From: Anaeromyxobacteraceae bacterium
GTDB taxonomy: Bacteria; Myxococcota; Myxococcia; Myxococcales; Anaeromyxobacteraceae
Length of the DNA stretch: 64,000 bases
Direction: 5' to 3'
Assembly (NCBI GenBank): GCA_047602405.1
Contig: JASGHJ010000002.1
Location: 2,464,001-2,528,000 of the forward strand
In this document: positions 31,386-41,535 of the stretch, piece after piece
How positions within the stretch are numbered: position 1 is the stretch's first letter
How the letters are laid out: each line of letters begins with the position of its first letter
The notes under the pieces: model-generated
What the model was told of the DNA's origin: nothing
What the model saw: the letters and a program-made list of their open reading frames with translations, nothing else
The model's database searches: none
Translations under genes and position numbers: made by a program

Positions 31386-33644
31386 GTGGCGCCCCCCCAC
31401 GACACCTCGCCGCGAGAGCCACGCCGCCCCATCGGACTCGCGGTCCGGCTCACCTACGGGACCGTCGACGAGTTCGCGGAGCGGTTCGCGGTCAACCTCT
31501 CGCGCGGCGGCGTCTTCATCCGCTCCTCCGATCCGAAGCCGCCCGGCACGCACCTGAAGTTCGAGCTGCGGCTCTCCACCGGCGAGGCGGCAATCCGCGG
31601 CGAGGGCGTCGTGCGCTGGGCGCAGCCCGCCGACCCGCACGCGCGCCCGCCGAAGGCCCCGGGCATGGGCGTGCAGTTCACCTCCCTCGACGAGCCCTCG
31701 CGCGCGCTCGTCGAGCGGATGGTGGCGCTCAAGGAGCAGCGCGGGCTGGCGCCCGGCGTCGCCGCGCCCGCCCCGGTCGCCGAGCGGCCCCTCGCCACCC
31801 CGCCCCCCACCCGCGCGCGCGAGCCCATCCTCACGCCGGCGCCGCTGCCGGCGCAGGCCGACCTCTCGGCCCCGCACCGGGTCGAGCAGCTCCAGGCCGG
31901 ACCGGCCCGGGTCGAGCTCGGGCTGCCGGCGAAGCCCGGCCCGCAGGGGAAGCCCTCCGCGTTCGTGATCGGCATCGACCTCGGCACGAGCAACTCGTGC
32001 GCCGCGGTCGTGAAGGACGGCCGCCCGTACGTCATCCCCTCGCGCGAGGGCTACAACGTCGTCCCCTCGGTGGTCGCGCTCAACGCGCGCAACCGCGTGG
32101 TGGTGGGGCAGCAGGCGCGGGCGCAGCTCCTCACGAACCCGCGCCACACCGTGTTCGGCGCGAAGCGGCTCCTCGGGCGCCCCTTCGACTCCGACGCGGT
32201 CGAGGAGATCCGCAGCCGGTTCCCCTACGAGATCGTGGCGGACCCCGACGGCTTCGCCGGCGTGCAGCTCGGCCCGGAGCGGCTGACCCTCGAGCAGGTG
32301 GCCGCGCTCATCCTCCGCGAGGTCAAGGAGATCGCGCAGAACCACCTCGGCGAGGAGGTCAACCGCGCCGTCATCACGGTCCCCGCCTACTACAACGAGC
32401 GGCAGCGCGCGGCGGTGCGCAAGGCCGGGGCGCTCGCCGGCCTCGCGGTGGAGCGCATCGTCAACGAGCCCACCGCCGCGGCCCTCGCCTACGGCTACGG
32501 GCGCCACGTCACGCAGCGGGTGCTCGTCTACGACCTCGGCGGCGGCACCTTCGACGCCTCGGTGCTCGAGCTCGCCGAGAACGTGTACGAGGTGGTCTCG
32601 ACCGGCGGCGACACCTTCCTCGGCGGCGTCGACTTCGACGCGCACATCGTGGAGCGGCTGCTCGCCGACTGGAAGAAGCAGACCGGCTCGGACTTCGACG
32701 GCGACCGGGTCGCGCTCTCCCGCCTCGTCGACGCCGCCGAGCGTGCGAAGTGCGCCCTCTCCGAGCGGACCGAGTTCCCGATCCAGCTGCCGTTCCTGGC
32801 GATGAAGGACGGCAAGCCCGTCTCGCTCGAGACGAAGCTCACCCGCGAGGACGTGGTGCAGCTCGTGAGCCCGCTCGTCGAGCGGACCATCGACGTCTGC
32901 CGCGAGGTGCTCCTCGGCCGGGGGCTCACGACGAAGGACATCGACGAGGTCCTGCTCGTGGGCGGCCAGTCGCGCATGCCGCTCGTGCAGGAGCAGGTGA
33001 GCGCGTTCTTCGGCAAGGCGCCGTCGAAGTCCGTCCACCCCGACGAGGCCGTCGCGGTCGGCGCCGCCCTCCTCGCCCACTCGCTCTCCTCCGCCGAGGG
33101 CATCGTCCTCATCGACGTGCTCCCCATGTCGATCGGCATCGGCCTGCCCGGCGGGCGGATGAAGACGATCCTGGAGCGCAACACGCCGCTCCCGACCCGC
33201 AAGCAGTACGGGCTCGTCACCACCCGCGACGGCCAGACCGAGTTCGAGCTCGTCGTGATGCAGGGGGAGCCGGGGGCCGAGGTCGAGTACCTCGGCACGC
33301 TCAAGCTCAGCGGCCTGCCGCCCGGCCCCCGCGGCATGGTGAAGATCTCGGTCACCTTCGAGCTCGGCGTCGAGTGCCTCCTCACGGTCACCGCCCGCGA
33401 GCAGAACAGCGGCCGCGAGGTTAAGACGGTCCTCTCGGCCCGCGAGGGCGTGAACGCGGCGCGCCGGAGGCTCCAGGCCGAGGCCGAGCACCGCCCGCCC
33501 GGCGCCACGCCGGCGCCCATCCCGCCCCGCCCCGAGGCGCCGCCCGCCCCGCTCGCCGCCGCGCCGCGCACGAAGGCCGCGCAGGGTGCGCTCGGGTCGC
33601 TGCTCAGGAAGCTGTTCCGGCGGGAGCGCGACGAGGCGCGGTAG
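31386..33644 (+). CDS. TIGR02266 (PilZ-like) domain fused to an Hsp70/DnaK-like chaperone
   Basis: N-terminal REPRRP...NLSRGGVFI...[48 protein letters not shown]. Confidence 0.88.
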   Translation: MAPPHDTSPREPRRPIGLAVRLTYGTVDEFAERFAVNLSRGGVFIRSSDPKPPGTHLKFELRLSTGEAAIRGEGVVRWAQPADPHARPPKAPGMGVQFTSLDEPSRALVERMVALKEQRGLAPGVAAPAPVAERPLATPPPTRAREPILTPAPLPAQADLSAPHRVEQLQAGPARVELGLPAKPGPQGKPSAFVIGIDLGTSNSCAAVVKDGRPYVIPSREGYNVVPSVVALNARNRVVVGQQARAQLLTNPRHTVFGAKRLLGRPFDSDAVEEIRSRFPYEIVADPDGFAGVQLGPERLTLEQVAALILREVKEIAQNHLGEEVNRAVITVPAYYNERQRAAVRKAGALAGLAVERIVNEPTAAALAYGYGRHVTQRVLVYDLGGGTFDASVLELAENVYEVVSTGGDTFLGGVDFDAHIVERLLADWKKQTGSDFDGDRVALSRLVDAAERAKCALSERTEFPIQLPFLAMKDGKPVSLETKLTREDVVQLVSPLVERTIDVCREVLLGRGLTTKDIDEVLLVGGQSRMPLVQEQVSAFFGKAPSKSVHPDEAVAVGAALLAHSLSSAEGIVLIDVLPMSIGIGLPGGRMKTILERNTPLPTRKQYGLVTTRDGQTEFELVVMQGEPGAEVEYLGTLKLSGLPPGPRGMVKISVTFELGVECLLTVTAREQNSGREVKTVLSAREGVNAARRRLQAEAEHRPPGATPAPIPPRPEAPPAPLAAAPRTKAAQGALGSLLRKLFRRERDEAR

Positions 33645-33835
33645 GTCGGACGAGGCGTCCTCTCGAGGGTGGCCGGGGGCGGCCTCGTCCTGACGCGGTC
33701 GTCGCATCCGGTCCGATGATCGGGCGGGCCAGCCGAGGGCCCTGCGGTGCGGAGAGGCCCGGCGTTCCGGCCGCCCACGATCGGGGTTGATGGGGCGAGG
33801 AGGGATGGCGGGGCCTCGTAGAGGAGCTCGTCTGT

Positions 33836-33886
33836 CGTCCCTCGTCTCCGCGGCCGCGTTGCGGCCGCTGCGCTCGGGACGAACGG
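33836..33886 (-). repeat. REP-like palindromic element
   Basis: Minus strand CCGTTCGTCCCGAGCGCAGCGGCCGC-AAC-GCGGCCGCGGAGACGAGGGACG forms a hairpin; located between convergent genes. Confidence 0.5.
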
Positions 33887-33973
33887 GGAGAACGTCAGCT
33901 CTCGAGACCCCCTGCCTCACCCCATCTGAAACGTTCCCCAGGCCACCTCGCGGGAACGTCACCAGGAGATGGA

Positions 33974-34645
33974 TCAGCCGCGGGGTTCGGGCGGCGGCGA
34001 CTCGCGCCGGCGGCCGCGCCACCAGCGGACCACCACCACGAGGAGCGCGATCGCGACCGCCGCGAGGATCCAGTTGCCGAACTGCCCGGCCATCCGCGCC
34101 GCCGCGTGCAGGTCGTCGCCGAACCAGAAGCCGAGGCAGACCCAGACCGGCGCGGAGACGAGCGCCGCCGAGCCGTCGAAGGCGACGAACTCCCAGTAGG
34201 GCATGCGGGCGTGCCCGACCGTGAAGAAGGTCGGCGCGCGCAGGCCGGGCAGGAAGCGGGCGAACAGCACGACGACGTTCCCGCGCTTGCGGATGAGCCG
34301 CTCGACCTGCTCGAGCTTGTCGGGCGTGATCATGCGCCGCAGCGGGGCGAGGTCGGCCACGCGGGAGCCGTAGCGGCGGCCGGCGAGGAAGATGATCGAG
34401 TCGCCCGCGAGGATGCCCGCGAGGCCCACCGCCACCATCGCGAGGAGCCCCTCGTCCCGGATCATCGCCGAGAAGGTGACCCGGTCGACGTCGGAGGAGA
34501 GCCAGGCGAGGACGCCGCCCGTCACGAGCACCACGTCCTCGGGCATCGGCAGGCCGAAGCCGCAGAGGAGCAGCACCACGAACACGAAGCCGTAGCCGAT
34601 GTTCAGCGACTGTCCGGCGACGAGATCGACGAGGCGCTCGAGCAT
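33974..34645 (-). CDS. DedA family membrane protein
   Basis: CGFGLPMPED, GD...F..GR.YG, ARFLPGLR. Confidence 0.9.
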   Translation of the reverse strand: MLERLVDLVAGQSLNIGYGFVFVVLLLCGFGLPMPEDVVLVTGGVLAWLSSDVDRVTFSAMIRDEGLLAMVAVGLAGILAGDSIIFLAGRRYGSRVADLAPLRRMITPDKLEQVERLIRKRGNVVVLFARFLPGLRAPTFFTVGHARMPYWEFVAFDGSAALVSAPVWVCLGFWFGDDLHAAARMAGQFGNWILAAVAIALLVVVVRWWRGRRRESPPPEPRG

Positions 34646-34735
34646 TGGGGGCGGGACGTCTCGTCCTCGGCACCGGGGATAGCCGAAATCGAGCCCCGGG
34701 TCGAGCCGCACGAGCAGGCGGCGGCGGACCCCGGG

Positions 34736-35188
34736 TCAACGCCCGGGCAGGTCCCGGAGGGCCTCGCGCAGCTCTGAGACCCGGCCGGCGGAATCGGCCC
34801 CGATGGCCACCGCGAGCTTCAGGCAGGCCTGGGGCTTCTGCGGCTGGAGCCGGAGGAAGTCACGGTGGGTGATCTCGAGGAGCTCGACGGGGGTGGCGGC
34901 GGTCGCGGTGACCTGCCGGACGCTCTTGCCGAGCAGGGCCATGCCGCCGAGGTGGTCCCCCGCCCCGAGCGCGCCGAGCTCCTTCGGCTGCCCCTCGGGG
35001 CCGCGCTGGGTGATGCGGACGGTCCCGCTCTTCACGATGAAGAGCGACTCCCCCACCATGTTCTCGGCGAACAGCGGCGCCCCCGCCGGGAGCGCCTTCT
35101 CCTGGGCGATCGAGGCGAAGATCTTGAGCCCGGTCTCGGTGAAGTCCCGGAAGAGCGCGGAGCGCTGGAGGGCCTCGATCGCGGTCAT
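34736..35188 (-). CDS. Cyclic-nucleotide-binding domain protein
   Basis: LF..F, SLFIVKSGTVRI, G.HLG.MALL...R..TATA. Confidence 0.85.
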   Translation of the reverse strand: MTAIEALQRSALFRDFTETGLKIFASIAQEKALPAGAPLFAENMVGESLFIVKSGTVRITQRGPEGQPKELGALGAGDHLGGMALLGKSVRQVTATAATPVELLEITHRDFLRLQPQKPQACLKLAVAIGADSAGRVSELREALRDLPGR

Positions 35189-35727
35189 CGGTGCTCCGGG
35201 GCGCGGGGCCCCGCCTCGGCGCGGTGGCGCGCCGCGTACTCGACGTAGTGCGCGGCGGACCGCGGGAGCCCCGCCAGCTCCTCGGGCGTGAGCGCCCGCT
35301 TCGGCCTCGCCGGGGCGCCGAGCACGAGCGTGCGGGGCGGGACGATCATGCCCGGGGGGACGAGCGCGCCCGCCCCCACCATCGCCTCCTCGCCGACGAC
35401 CGCGCCGTCGAGCACGATGGCGCCGATGCCGACGAGCGCGCGGTCGTGGACCGTGCAGCCGTGGAGCACCACCCGGTGACCGACCGTGACCTCCTCGCCG
35501 AGCACGGTCGGGTGGGTCCCCGAGCTCACGTGGATGACGGTGAGGTCCTGCACGTTGGTGCGGGCGCCGATGCGGACGAAGTTCACGTCCCCGCGCACGA
35601 CCACGCCGTACCAGAGCGACGCCTCGCGGCCGAGCTCGACGTCGCCGACGACGACGGCGTCGTCCGCGAGCCACACGCCCTCTGCCAGCCGGGGCGCCTT
35701 ACCTCCGTAGGGTCGTACCACGGGCAT
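35185..35727 (-). CDS. Gamma-carbonic anhydrase / hexapeptide-repeat protein
   Basis: VRGDVN.VRIG..TNVQD..VIH, TVGH..VLHGC. Confidence 0.92.
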   Translation of the reverse strand: MPVVRPYGGKAPRLAEGVWLADDAVVVGDVELGREASLWYGVVVRGDVNFVRIGARTNVQDLTVIHVSSGTHPTVLGEEVTVGHRVVLHGCTVHDRALVGIGAIVLDGAVVGEEAMVGAGALVPPGMIVPPRTLVLGAPARPKRALTPEELAGLPRSAAHYVEYAARHRAEAGPRAPEHR

Positions 35728-36161
35728 CAGCGGCCGATGCTAGCCTCGGACTTGACCCTCCGCAACCAGGCACCGGCGAGCCCTGCCCCGAGGGCCGCGC
35801 CGAGGGCGTCGGCGAGCGCGTCCCGGACGTCCGAGTCCCGCCCCGGGATGAACGACTGGTGAACCTCGTCGAGGAAGCCCCAGGCGACCGCCAGCCCCCA
35901 CGCCACGAGCCAGGCCCGGCGCGCGCTCCGGGCGCGGGCCGCGACGGCGAGGCGGAGCAGGAGCCCGAGCAGCCCGAAGACGCCGGCGTGGATGACCTTG
36001 TCGTGCGCGAGGAGCCAGTCCGGGAACGACGGGACCGGGTTCGCGCGGTGCGAGGCCCACGCGATGGTGGCCGCCCAGGCGAGCGCGGCCGCGGCGGCGA
36101 GGCGCGTCGCCGCGGGGCCGGGCACCGCCGGCCCCGGCCCCGGCGGCGCGGCGGCGGTCAC
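35727..36161 (-). CDS. VanZ family membrane protein
   Basis: DKVIHAGVFG, DEVHQSFIPGR..DVRD..AD. Confidence 0.85.
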   Translation of the reverse strand: MTAAAPPGPGPAVPGPAATRLAAAAALAWAATIAWASHRANPVPSFPDWLLAHDKVIHAGVFGLLGLLLRLAVAARARSARRAWLVAWGLAVAWGFLDEVHQSFIPGRDSDVRDALADALGAALGAGLAGAWLRRVKSEASIGR

Positions 36162-37543
36162 GCGAGCGTTCCGGAGAGCGAGCTCGTCCCGGCGCGGGTC
36201 ACCCGGGCCCGGACCACCGCGCCCGCGGGCGCGTCGGCCTCGGCCGCGGCGAGGTGCAGCACGCGGTTCTCCGGCGTCCGCCCGAGCCGCTCGCCCTCGG
36301 CCTCGCCGGGCCCCTCGACGAGGACCTCCACCACCTTCCCCTTCTCGGCGGCGAGGATCTCGGCGGCGATGCGGCGCTGGACCGCGAGGAGGCGCTCGAG
36401 GCGGGCCATGGCGACCTCGCGCGGCACCTCGGCCCAGTCCGGCGTCGAGCCGCTCCTGAGCAAGGAGAGCGTCTTCGGCCGCGGGCTGTACGCGAAGCTG
36501 AAGCTCTGGTCGTAGCGGACGCGCTCGAGGAGCGCGAGGGAGGCCTCGAAGTCGGCGTCGGTCTCGCCGGGGAAGCCCACGATGAAGTCGGTCGTGACCG
36601 CGACGCCGGGGCGCGCCGCGCGCAGCTTCGCGAGCCGCTCGAGGTAGGCCTCGACGGTGTAGTCGCGGCGCATCCGGACGAGCACCGGGTCCGAGCCGGA
36701 CTGCACCGGCAGGTGGAAGTGCGGCATCACCTTCGGCTCGTCGCGGAACACCTCGACGAGCGCCTCGGAGAGGTCGTGCGGGTGGCTCGTCGTGAAGCGG
36801 ACGCGGGCGAGGCCCGGGATGGCGGCGACCCGGCGGAGCAGCTCGGCGAAGGTGGCGCCGCCCCGGTACGAGTTCACGTTCTGGCCGATGAGGGTGACCT
36901 CGCGCACGCCCACCTCGGCGAGCGCGGCGCACTCGGCCACCACCTCGGTGAAGTGGCGCGAGACCTCGCGGCCGCGCGTGTGCGGCACCACGCAGAAGGC
37001 GCAGACGTTGTCGCAGCCCTTCATCGCCGTCACGAAGGCGGTGACCTTGCCGCGGGCCGCCTCGGGATCGGCGGTCGGGAAGACGTACTCCTCCGAGTCC
37101 ATCCACCCGGTCTCGGCGAAGCGCTCCCGCTCCGCGCGGGCGACGAGCTCCGGCAGGCGGCCCACGTGATCCGGGCCGAACACGAAGTCCACGTACGGGA
37201 CCTTCTTGAGGAGCCGCTCCTTCTCCTGCTGCGCGACGCAGCCCGAGACGGCGATGAGCGCGCCGCGGCGGGCCTTCACCTCGCGGTAGCGCCCGAGCGC
37301 GGAGAGGAGCTTCTGCTCGGCCTTCTCCCGCACCGAGCAGGTGTTGAGCACGATCAGGTCCGCCTCGTCGGCGGTCGCCGCGCGCGCGTAGTCGCCGCGG
37401 GAGAGCGCCTCGACCATGCGGGCCGAGTCCGCCTCGTTCATCTGGCAGCCGAAGGTGTGGACGAAGACCTTCCGCGAGGGCGCCGGCCGGGGCGCCGCGG
37501 GGGTGGGGTCGAGGGGCTTTCCGAGGCCGACGAGGTCCGACAC
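36158..37543 (-). CDS. miaB: tRNA-2-methylthio-N6-dimethylallyladenosine synthase
   Basis: TFGCQMN, NTCSVREKAE, GCDNVCAFCVVP, HLPVQSGS, C-terminal TRAM domain. Confidence 0.95.
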   Translation of the reverse strand: MSDLVGLGKPLDPTPAAPRPAPSRKVFVHTFGCQMNEADSARMVEALSRGDYARAATADEADLIVLNTCSVREKAEQKLLSALGRYREVKARRGALIAVSGCVAQQEKERLLKKVPYVDFVFGPDHVGRLPELVARAERERFAETGWMDSEEYVFPTADPEAARGKVTAFVTAMKGCDNVCAFCVVPHTRGREVSRHFTEVVAECAALAEVGVREVTLIGQNVNSYRGGATFAELLRRVAAIPGLARVRFTTSHPHDLSEALVEVFRDEPKVMPHFHLPVQSGSDPVLVRMRRDYTVEAYLERLAKLRAARPGVAVTTDFIVGFPGETDADFEASLALLERVRYDQSFSFAYSPRPKTLSLLRSGSTPDWAEVPREVAMARLERLLAVQRRIAAEILAAEKGKVVEVLVEGPGEAEGERLGRTPENRVLHLAAAEADAPAGAVVRARVTRAGTSSLSGTLA

Positions 37544-37600
37544 GGGGCGGGAACCCTAAGGAAAAGGGGGGGCCCGAGTCAACCCGCGCGGCCGCCCCGC

Positions 37601-38737
37601 TCAACCGGCGGTCCGGCGGACCGCCCGGAGCTCGACGCGGGTGCGGACGAGCTTCTGGAACGGGTACGCGACGTCGGCCGACTTCAGGGTCGCGTCGAAC
37701 CGCACCGCCGCGCCGGCGTTCGGCGGGCGCATCCGCACCTCGGTCACGAAGGCCCACTCGGTCTCGGTCGAGGCGAGGCGGCGCGAGAGCTCCCGGCCGC
37801 CCAGCCGCCGGGCCTGCTCGAGCGCGGCGCGGTCGTACTCGGCGTTGCCGCTCGCGGCCACGAGGCGGGAGGCGGCGACGGCGCCCCGCGCGTCGAGGCG
37901 CACCGCGACCACGGCCACGAGCCCGCCGAAGCGCACCGTCGGGACCGAGGGCCCCTGCGCGTCGAGGCCGTCGATGGCGGTCGCGAGCGCGGCCCGCTCC
38001 GGGCTGCCGGCGGCGCCGGCCGCGGCCACCTGCCGCTCGAACGCGCGCGGGCTGTCGTGGTCGCCGGGCGCCTCGACGTCGCGCGGGAGCGTGGTGCCGG
38101 TGCGGCCGTACTGGCCGAGCATGTCGCCGTAGGCCTGCGCGAAGCGGCCGAGGCCGTTCGGGCCGCCCCCCCCGGTGCCGGTCGCCTTCTCCGCCATCTC
38201 GAGCGCGCGCTCCGGCGCGAGGAAGCCCGCGGCGAGCGCGTCGCGCAGCCCGGTCCAGGAGGCGTCGGGGTAGCGGGCGAGGTCCTCCGCGCGCAGGCCG
38301 TCCATCACGGTCGAGACCTCGCGGTCCAGCGCCTGCTGCGGCGTCGGGCCGGGCGCGCCGAACCACCCGGGCGCGCCGCCCGGCAGCCTCGGGCGGAGAT
38401 CCCAGCTGCCGGCGCCAACCCCGCCGGCGCCCACGGCGCCGGCGGAATCCGGCACGCCCGGAACGAACGAGAGCGAACCCGGCCGCATGGGCCCACCGGA
38501 CTCCGCCCGCGCGGCACCGGGAACCCGACGTGGCGCCGGCTGGGCCGTCGCCTGGCCGGGAGGCACCGCTGCACGCGGCTCCCGCGGCTGCAGCTCCACC
38601 TCCATCGGCGCCGCGCCCCCGGCCGGTCCGGGCGACGGCGGCACGATCCAGCGGAGGAGCAGCCCGACGAGCGCGAGGTGCAGCGCGACCGACGCCGCGA
38701 GGGCGAGTCCCGAGCGGGCGGTGCGGCGGCGGCTCAC
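37601..38737 (-). CDS. Membrane-anchored protein with TonB/TolA C-terminal-like domain
   Basis: S..LH N-terminal TM, Pro-rich linker, SGNAEYDRAAL. Confidence 0.55.
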   Translation of the reverse strand: MSRRRTARSGLALAASVALHLALVGLLLRWIVPPSPGPAGGAAPMEVELQPREPRAAVPPGQATAQPAPRRVPGAARAESGGPMRPGSLSFVPGVPDSAGAVGAGGVGAGSWDLRPRLPGGAPGWFGAPGPTPQQALDREVSTVMDGLRAEDLARYPDASWTGLRDALAAGFLAPERALEMAEKATGTGGGGPNGLGRFAQAYGDMLGQYGRTGTTLPRDVEAPGDHDSPRAFERQVAAAGAAGSPERAALATAIDGLDAQGPSVPTVRFGGLVAVVAVRLDARGAVAASRLVAASGNAEYDRAALEQARRLGGRELSRRLASTETEWAFVTEVRMRPPNAGAAVRFDATLKSADVAYPFQKLVRTRVELRAVRRTAG

Positions 38738-38754
38738 GCCTCCATTTTACCCCC

Positions 38755-40167
38755 CTACCGCCCGACGGGCACGAGCGCGTCGGCGAGCCCCTCGAGCTCC
38801 TCGAGGGAGGTCGCGGTCGCCACCCGGTCGCACCTGGACGCGTAGAGCGGCATCTCGCTGTCGCCGCCGCCCCAGGCGGCACGCGGCTCGGTGCAGACCC
38901 ACAGGAGCCGGCGCGCCTTCCGCCGCAGCTCGTCGAGGACCCAGGCCTCCGGCGGCCCGTAGTTCGTGCGCCCGTCGCCGACGACGATGACGGTCGTGCG
39001 CCGCCCGACCGCGCCGAGGTGATCGCGGTGGAAGAGCCGCAGCGCGCGGCCGTAGTTCGAGTTCGCGGCGAGGTTCACGGCGCGGGCGGCGACCGCGAGG
39101 TCGGCGGCGCGGGCGGGGTCGCGCTCCGCCTTCAGGTCGGCGGTCACCTCGGCGAGCCCGGAGACGAAGACGAACGTGCGCACCCGCCCGAAGAGCGACT
39201 GGAGCGCGTAGAGGAACAGCAGCATGAGGCGCGTCGACGCCCGCACCGACTCCGAGACGTCGCACAGCACGACGAGGTCCGGCCGCTCCGGCCGGCGCTG
39301 GCGGAAGACGAGCCGCGCCGGCGTGCCGCCGAGGGCCATGTTCTTCCGGAGCGTGCGCCGCGCCGCGAGCGCGCCCCTCCGCCGCGAGCGCTCCCGCCGA
39401 ACGAGCCGCGCCTTGAGGCGCCGCGCGAGGCGCCGCACGGCCGCGTCGGTCCGCTCGAGCTCCTCGCGCGTGGGCGCCACGCCCGCCTCGCCCGGCAGGG
39501 CCTCCACCCGGCGCCGCACCCGGCGCGCATCGCCCTCGAGGTCGGCGAACCGCCGCGCGGCGTCCTCGACCTTGCGGAGCGCGCCGTCGAGCCGGTCGGC
39601 GACGAGCTGGAGCGCGCCCGGTCGCAGGCCCTTCGCGGCGAGGGCGCGCTCGAGCGCGTCGAGGTCGGCCTCCACCGCGCCGCCGCCCGCGGCCGCGAGG
39701 AGCCGCCGCCCGTGCCAGCGCGCCTCGGCCTCGCTCGGGCCGGCGCCGGGGGGCGCGACCTGCAGGCTCGCGCCGCGGAACAGCCGCGCGAGCAGGGCCG
39801 GGTCGCCCGCGAGGGCCGCCCGCGCGACCGGGCTCATCGAGCCCACGAGCGCGTCGAGCGTCTGCGCGATCATCTCGAGCTCGTCGCCCTCGAGGAGCCC
39901 CTGCGCCTCGAGCTCGGACACGAGCCCCTTCTCGAGGCCCTCGAGGAGCCGCCCCAGCCCCGAGAACCACACCGCGAAGAGCGCCTCGAACACCGGGACG
40001 TCCCTCGCGCGCTTCACGAGCGTGGCCCGGAGCGCCGCGCGGAACGGCTCGCGCTCGTCGGTGCCCGCGAGCGCCGCCGCGCGCACCGCGTCGGTCACCT
40101 CGGCGGGCGAGACGCGGACGCCGTTGGCGCGGAGCAGCCCGGCGAGCTCGGTGAGACGGTGTTCCAC
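38755..40167 (-). CDS. CoxE-like vWA domain protein
   Basis: LRANGVRVSPAE, LCDVSESV, SNYG.AL, GDGRTNY, W.GGDSEM. Confidence 0.88.
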   Translation of the reverse strand: MEHRLTELAGLLRANGVRVSPAEVTDAVRAAALAGTDEREPFRAALRATLVKRARDVPVFEALFAVWFSGLGRLLEGLEKGLVSELEAQGLLEGDELEMIAQTLDALVGSMSPVARAALAGDPALLARLFRGASLQVAPPGAGPSEAEARWHGRRLLAAAGGGAVEADLDALERALAAKGLRPGALQLVADRLDGALRKVEDAARRFADLEGDARRVRRRVEALPGEAGVAPTREELERTDAAVRRLARRLKARLVRRERSRRRGALAARRTLRKNMALGGTPARLVFRQRRPERPDLVVLCDVSESVRASTRLMLLFLYALQSLFGRVRTFVFVSGLAEVTADLKAERDPARAADLAVAARAVNLAANSNYGRALRLFHRDHLGAVGRRTTVIVVGDGRTNYGPPEAWVLDELRRKARRLLWVCTEPRAAWGGGDSEMPLYASRCDRVATATSLEELEGLADALVPVGR

Positions 40168-40260
40168 GGACCGGAGTGTAGCGCGCGCCGACGCGCAGCG
40201 CAGTCGCACCCGACGGAGCGTGGGTGTGCGCGGGCCACCCCGGGCGCGCATGATGGGGCC

Positions 40261-41526
40261 ATGGGCGCCTGGGTCGTCCCGGTCTTCCTCGTCGCGTACG
40301 CGCTGCAGGTCGGCGTGGAGACCCTGCTGCTCGGCCTCAACCTCCGGAGGGCCTCGCGCACGCAGGGCGTCCCGCCCGCGCTCGAGGGCCACGTCGACGA
40401 GGACACCGCCACGCTCTCGCGCGCGTACGTCGTCGCGCACGGCCTCGCGTCCGCGGCGGAGGGGCTGCTCCGGGCCGGCGTCACCCTCGCGGTGCTCCTC
40501 CTCGGCGTGCTGCCATGGCTCGACCAGGCCCTCGGCCGCGCCGGGTTCGAGGGCTCGCACCGGTTCGCCGGGTTCCTCGTGATGCTCGCGGTGGGCTCGG
40601 GCGCGATCGGGGTCCCGTTCTCGCTCTTCCGGACCTTCTCGGTCGAGGAGCGGTTCGGCTTCAACGAGACGACCCCGCGGCTGTGGCTGCTCGACGGGCT
40701 GAAGGCGCTCCTCGTCGAGGCGGCCCTCGGCGTCCCCGTCCTCTACGCGGTCTACGGCTTCATGCGCTGGAGCAAGGGCACCTGGTGGCTGTGGGTCTTC
40801 GCGCTGCTCGTCGGGGTCCAGCTCTTCCTGCTCTCGATCTACCCCTCGGTGCTCGCCCCGCTCTTCAACCGGTTCTCGCCGCTCCCGGAGGGCGCGCTCC
40901 GGACCCGGCTCGAGGCGCTGGCGCGCGCGGCGGGCTTCCGCAACCGCGGTCTGTACGTGATGGACGCCTCGCGGCGCTCCCGCCACTCGAACGCGTTCTT
41001 CGTCGGGCTCATCCGCCCCCGCATCGTGCTCCACGACACGCTCGTCGCGACCCTCGACGAGGACGAGGCCGCGAGCGTGCTCGCCCACGAGATCGGCCAC
41101 TTCCGCCGGCACCACGTCCAGCGCCGCATGGCGGCCTCGCTCCTCGGCCTGCTCCTCGCGCTGTGGGGGGCCTCGCTGCTGCTCCGCTGGACGCCCCTCT
41201 ACGCCGCCTTCGGCTTCGACGGCCCGTCGCTGCACGCCGGCGTCGCGCTCCTCGTCCTCTGCGGCGGGGCGTTCCTGTTCTGGGTCACGCCGCTCTCCGC
41301 GCGCGTGTCGCGCCGCCAGGAGTTCGAGGCCGATCGGTTCGCGGTGGAGCTCGCCCGCGCGCCCGGCGCGCTGAAGCGCGCGCTCGTGCGGCTCGCGGGG
41401 GACAACCTCGCGAACCCGACGCCGCACCCCTGGTACGCGGCGTGGCACTACAGCCACCCGACCCTCGCGGAGCGGCTCGCCCGCATCGACGACGTCGCGC
41501 TCGCGCGGAGGCCCGCGGCCCGGTAG
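40261..41526 (+). CDS. M48 family (Ste24-like) membrane metallopeptidase
   Basis: IEERFGFN-like segment, HSNAFF, AHEIGH, EFEAD, YSHP. Confidence 0.92.
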   Translation: MGAWVVPVFLVAYALQVGVETLLLGLNLRRASRTQGVPPALEGHVDEDTATLSRAYVVAHGLASAAEGLLRAGVTLAVLLLGVLPWLDQALGRAGFEGSHRFAGFLVMLAVGSGAIGVPFSLFRTFSVEERFGFNETTPRLWLLDGLKALLVEAALGVPVLYAVYGFMRWSKGTWWLWVFALLVGVQLFLLSIYPSVLAPLFNRFSPLPEGALRTRLEALARAAGFRNRGLYVMDASRRSRHSNAFFVGLIRPRIVLHDTLVATLDEDEAASVLAHEIGHFRRHHVQRRMAASLLGLLLALWGASLLLRWTPLYAAFGFDGPSLHAGVALLVLCGGAFLFWVTPLSARVSRRQEFEADRFAVELARAPGALKRALVRLAGDNLANPTPHPWYAAWHYSHPTLAERLARIDDVALARRPAAR

Positions 41527-41535
41527 GAGAGGGCC

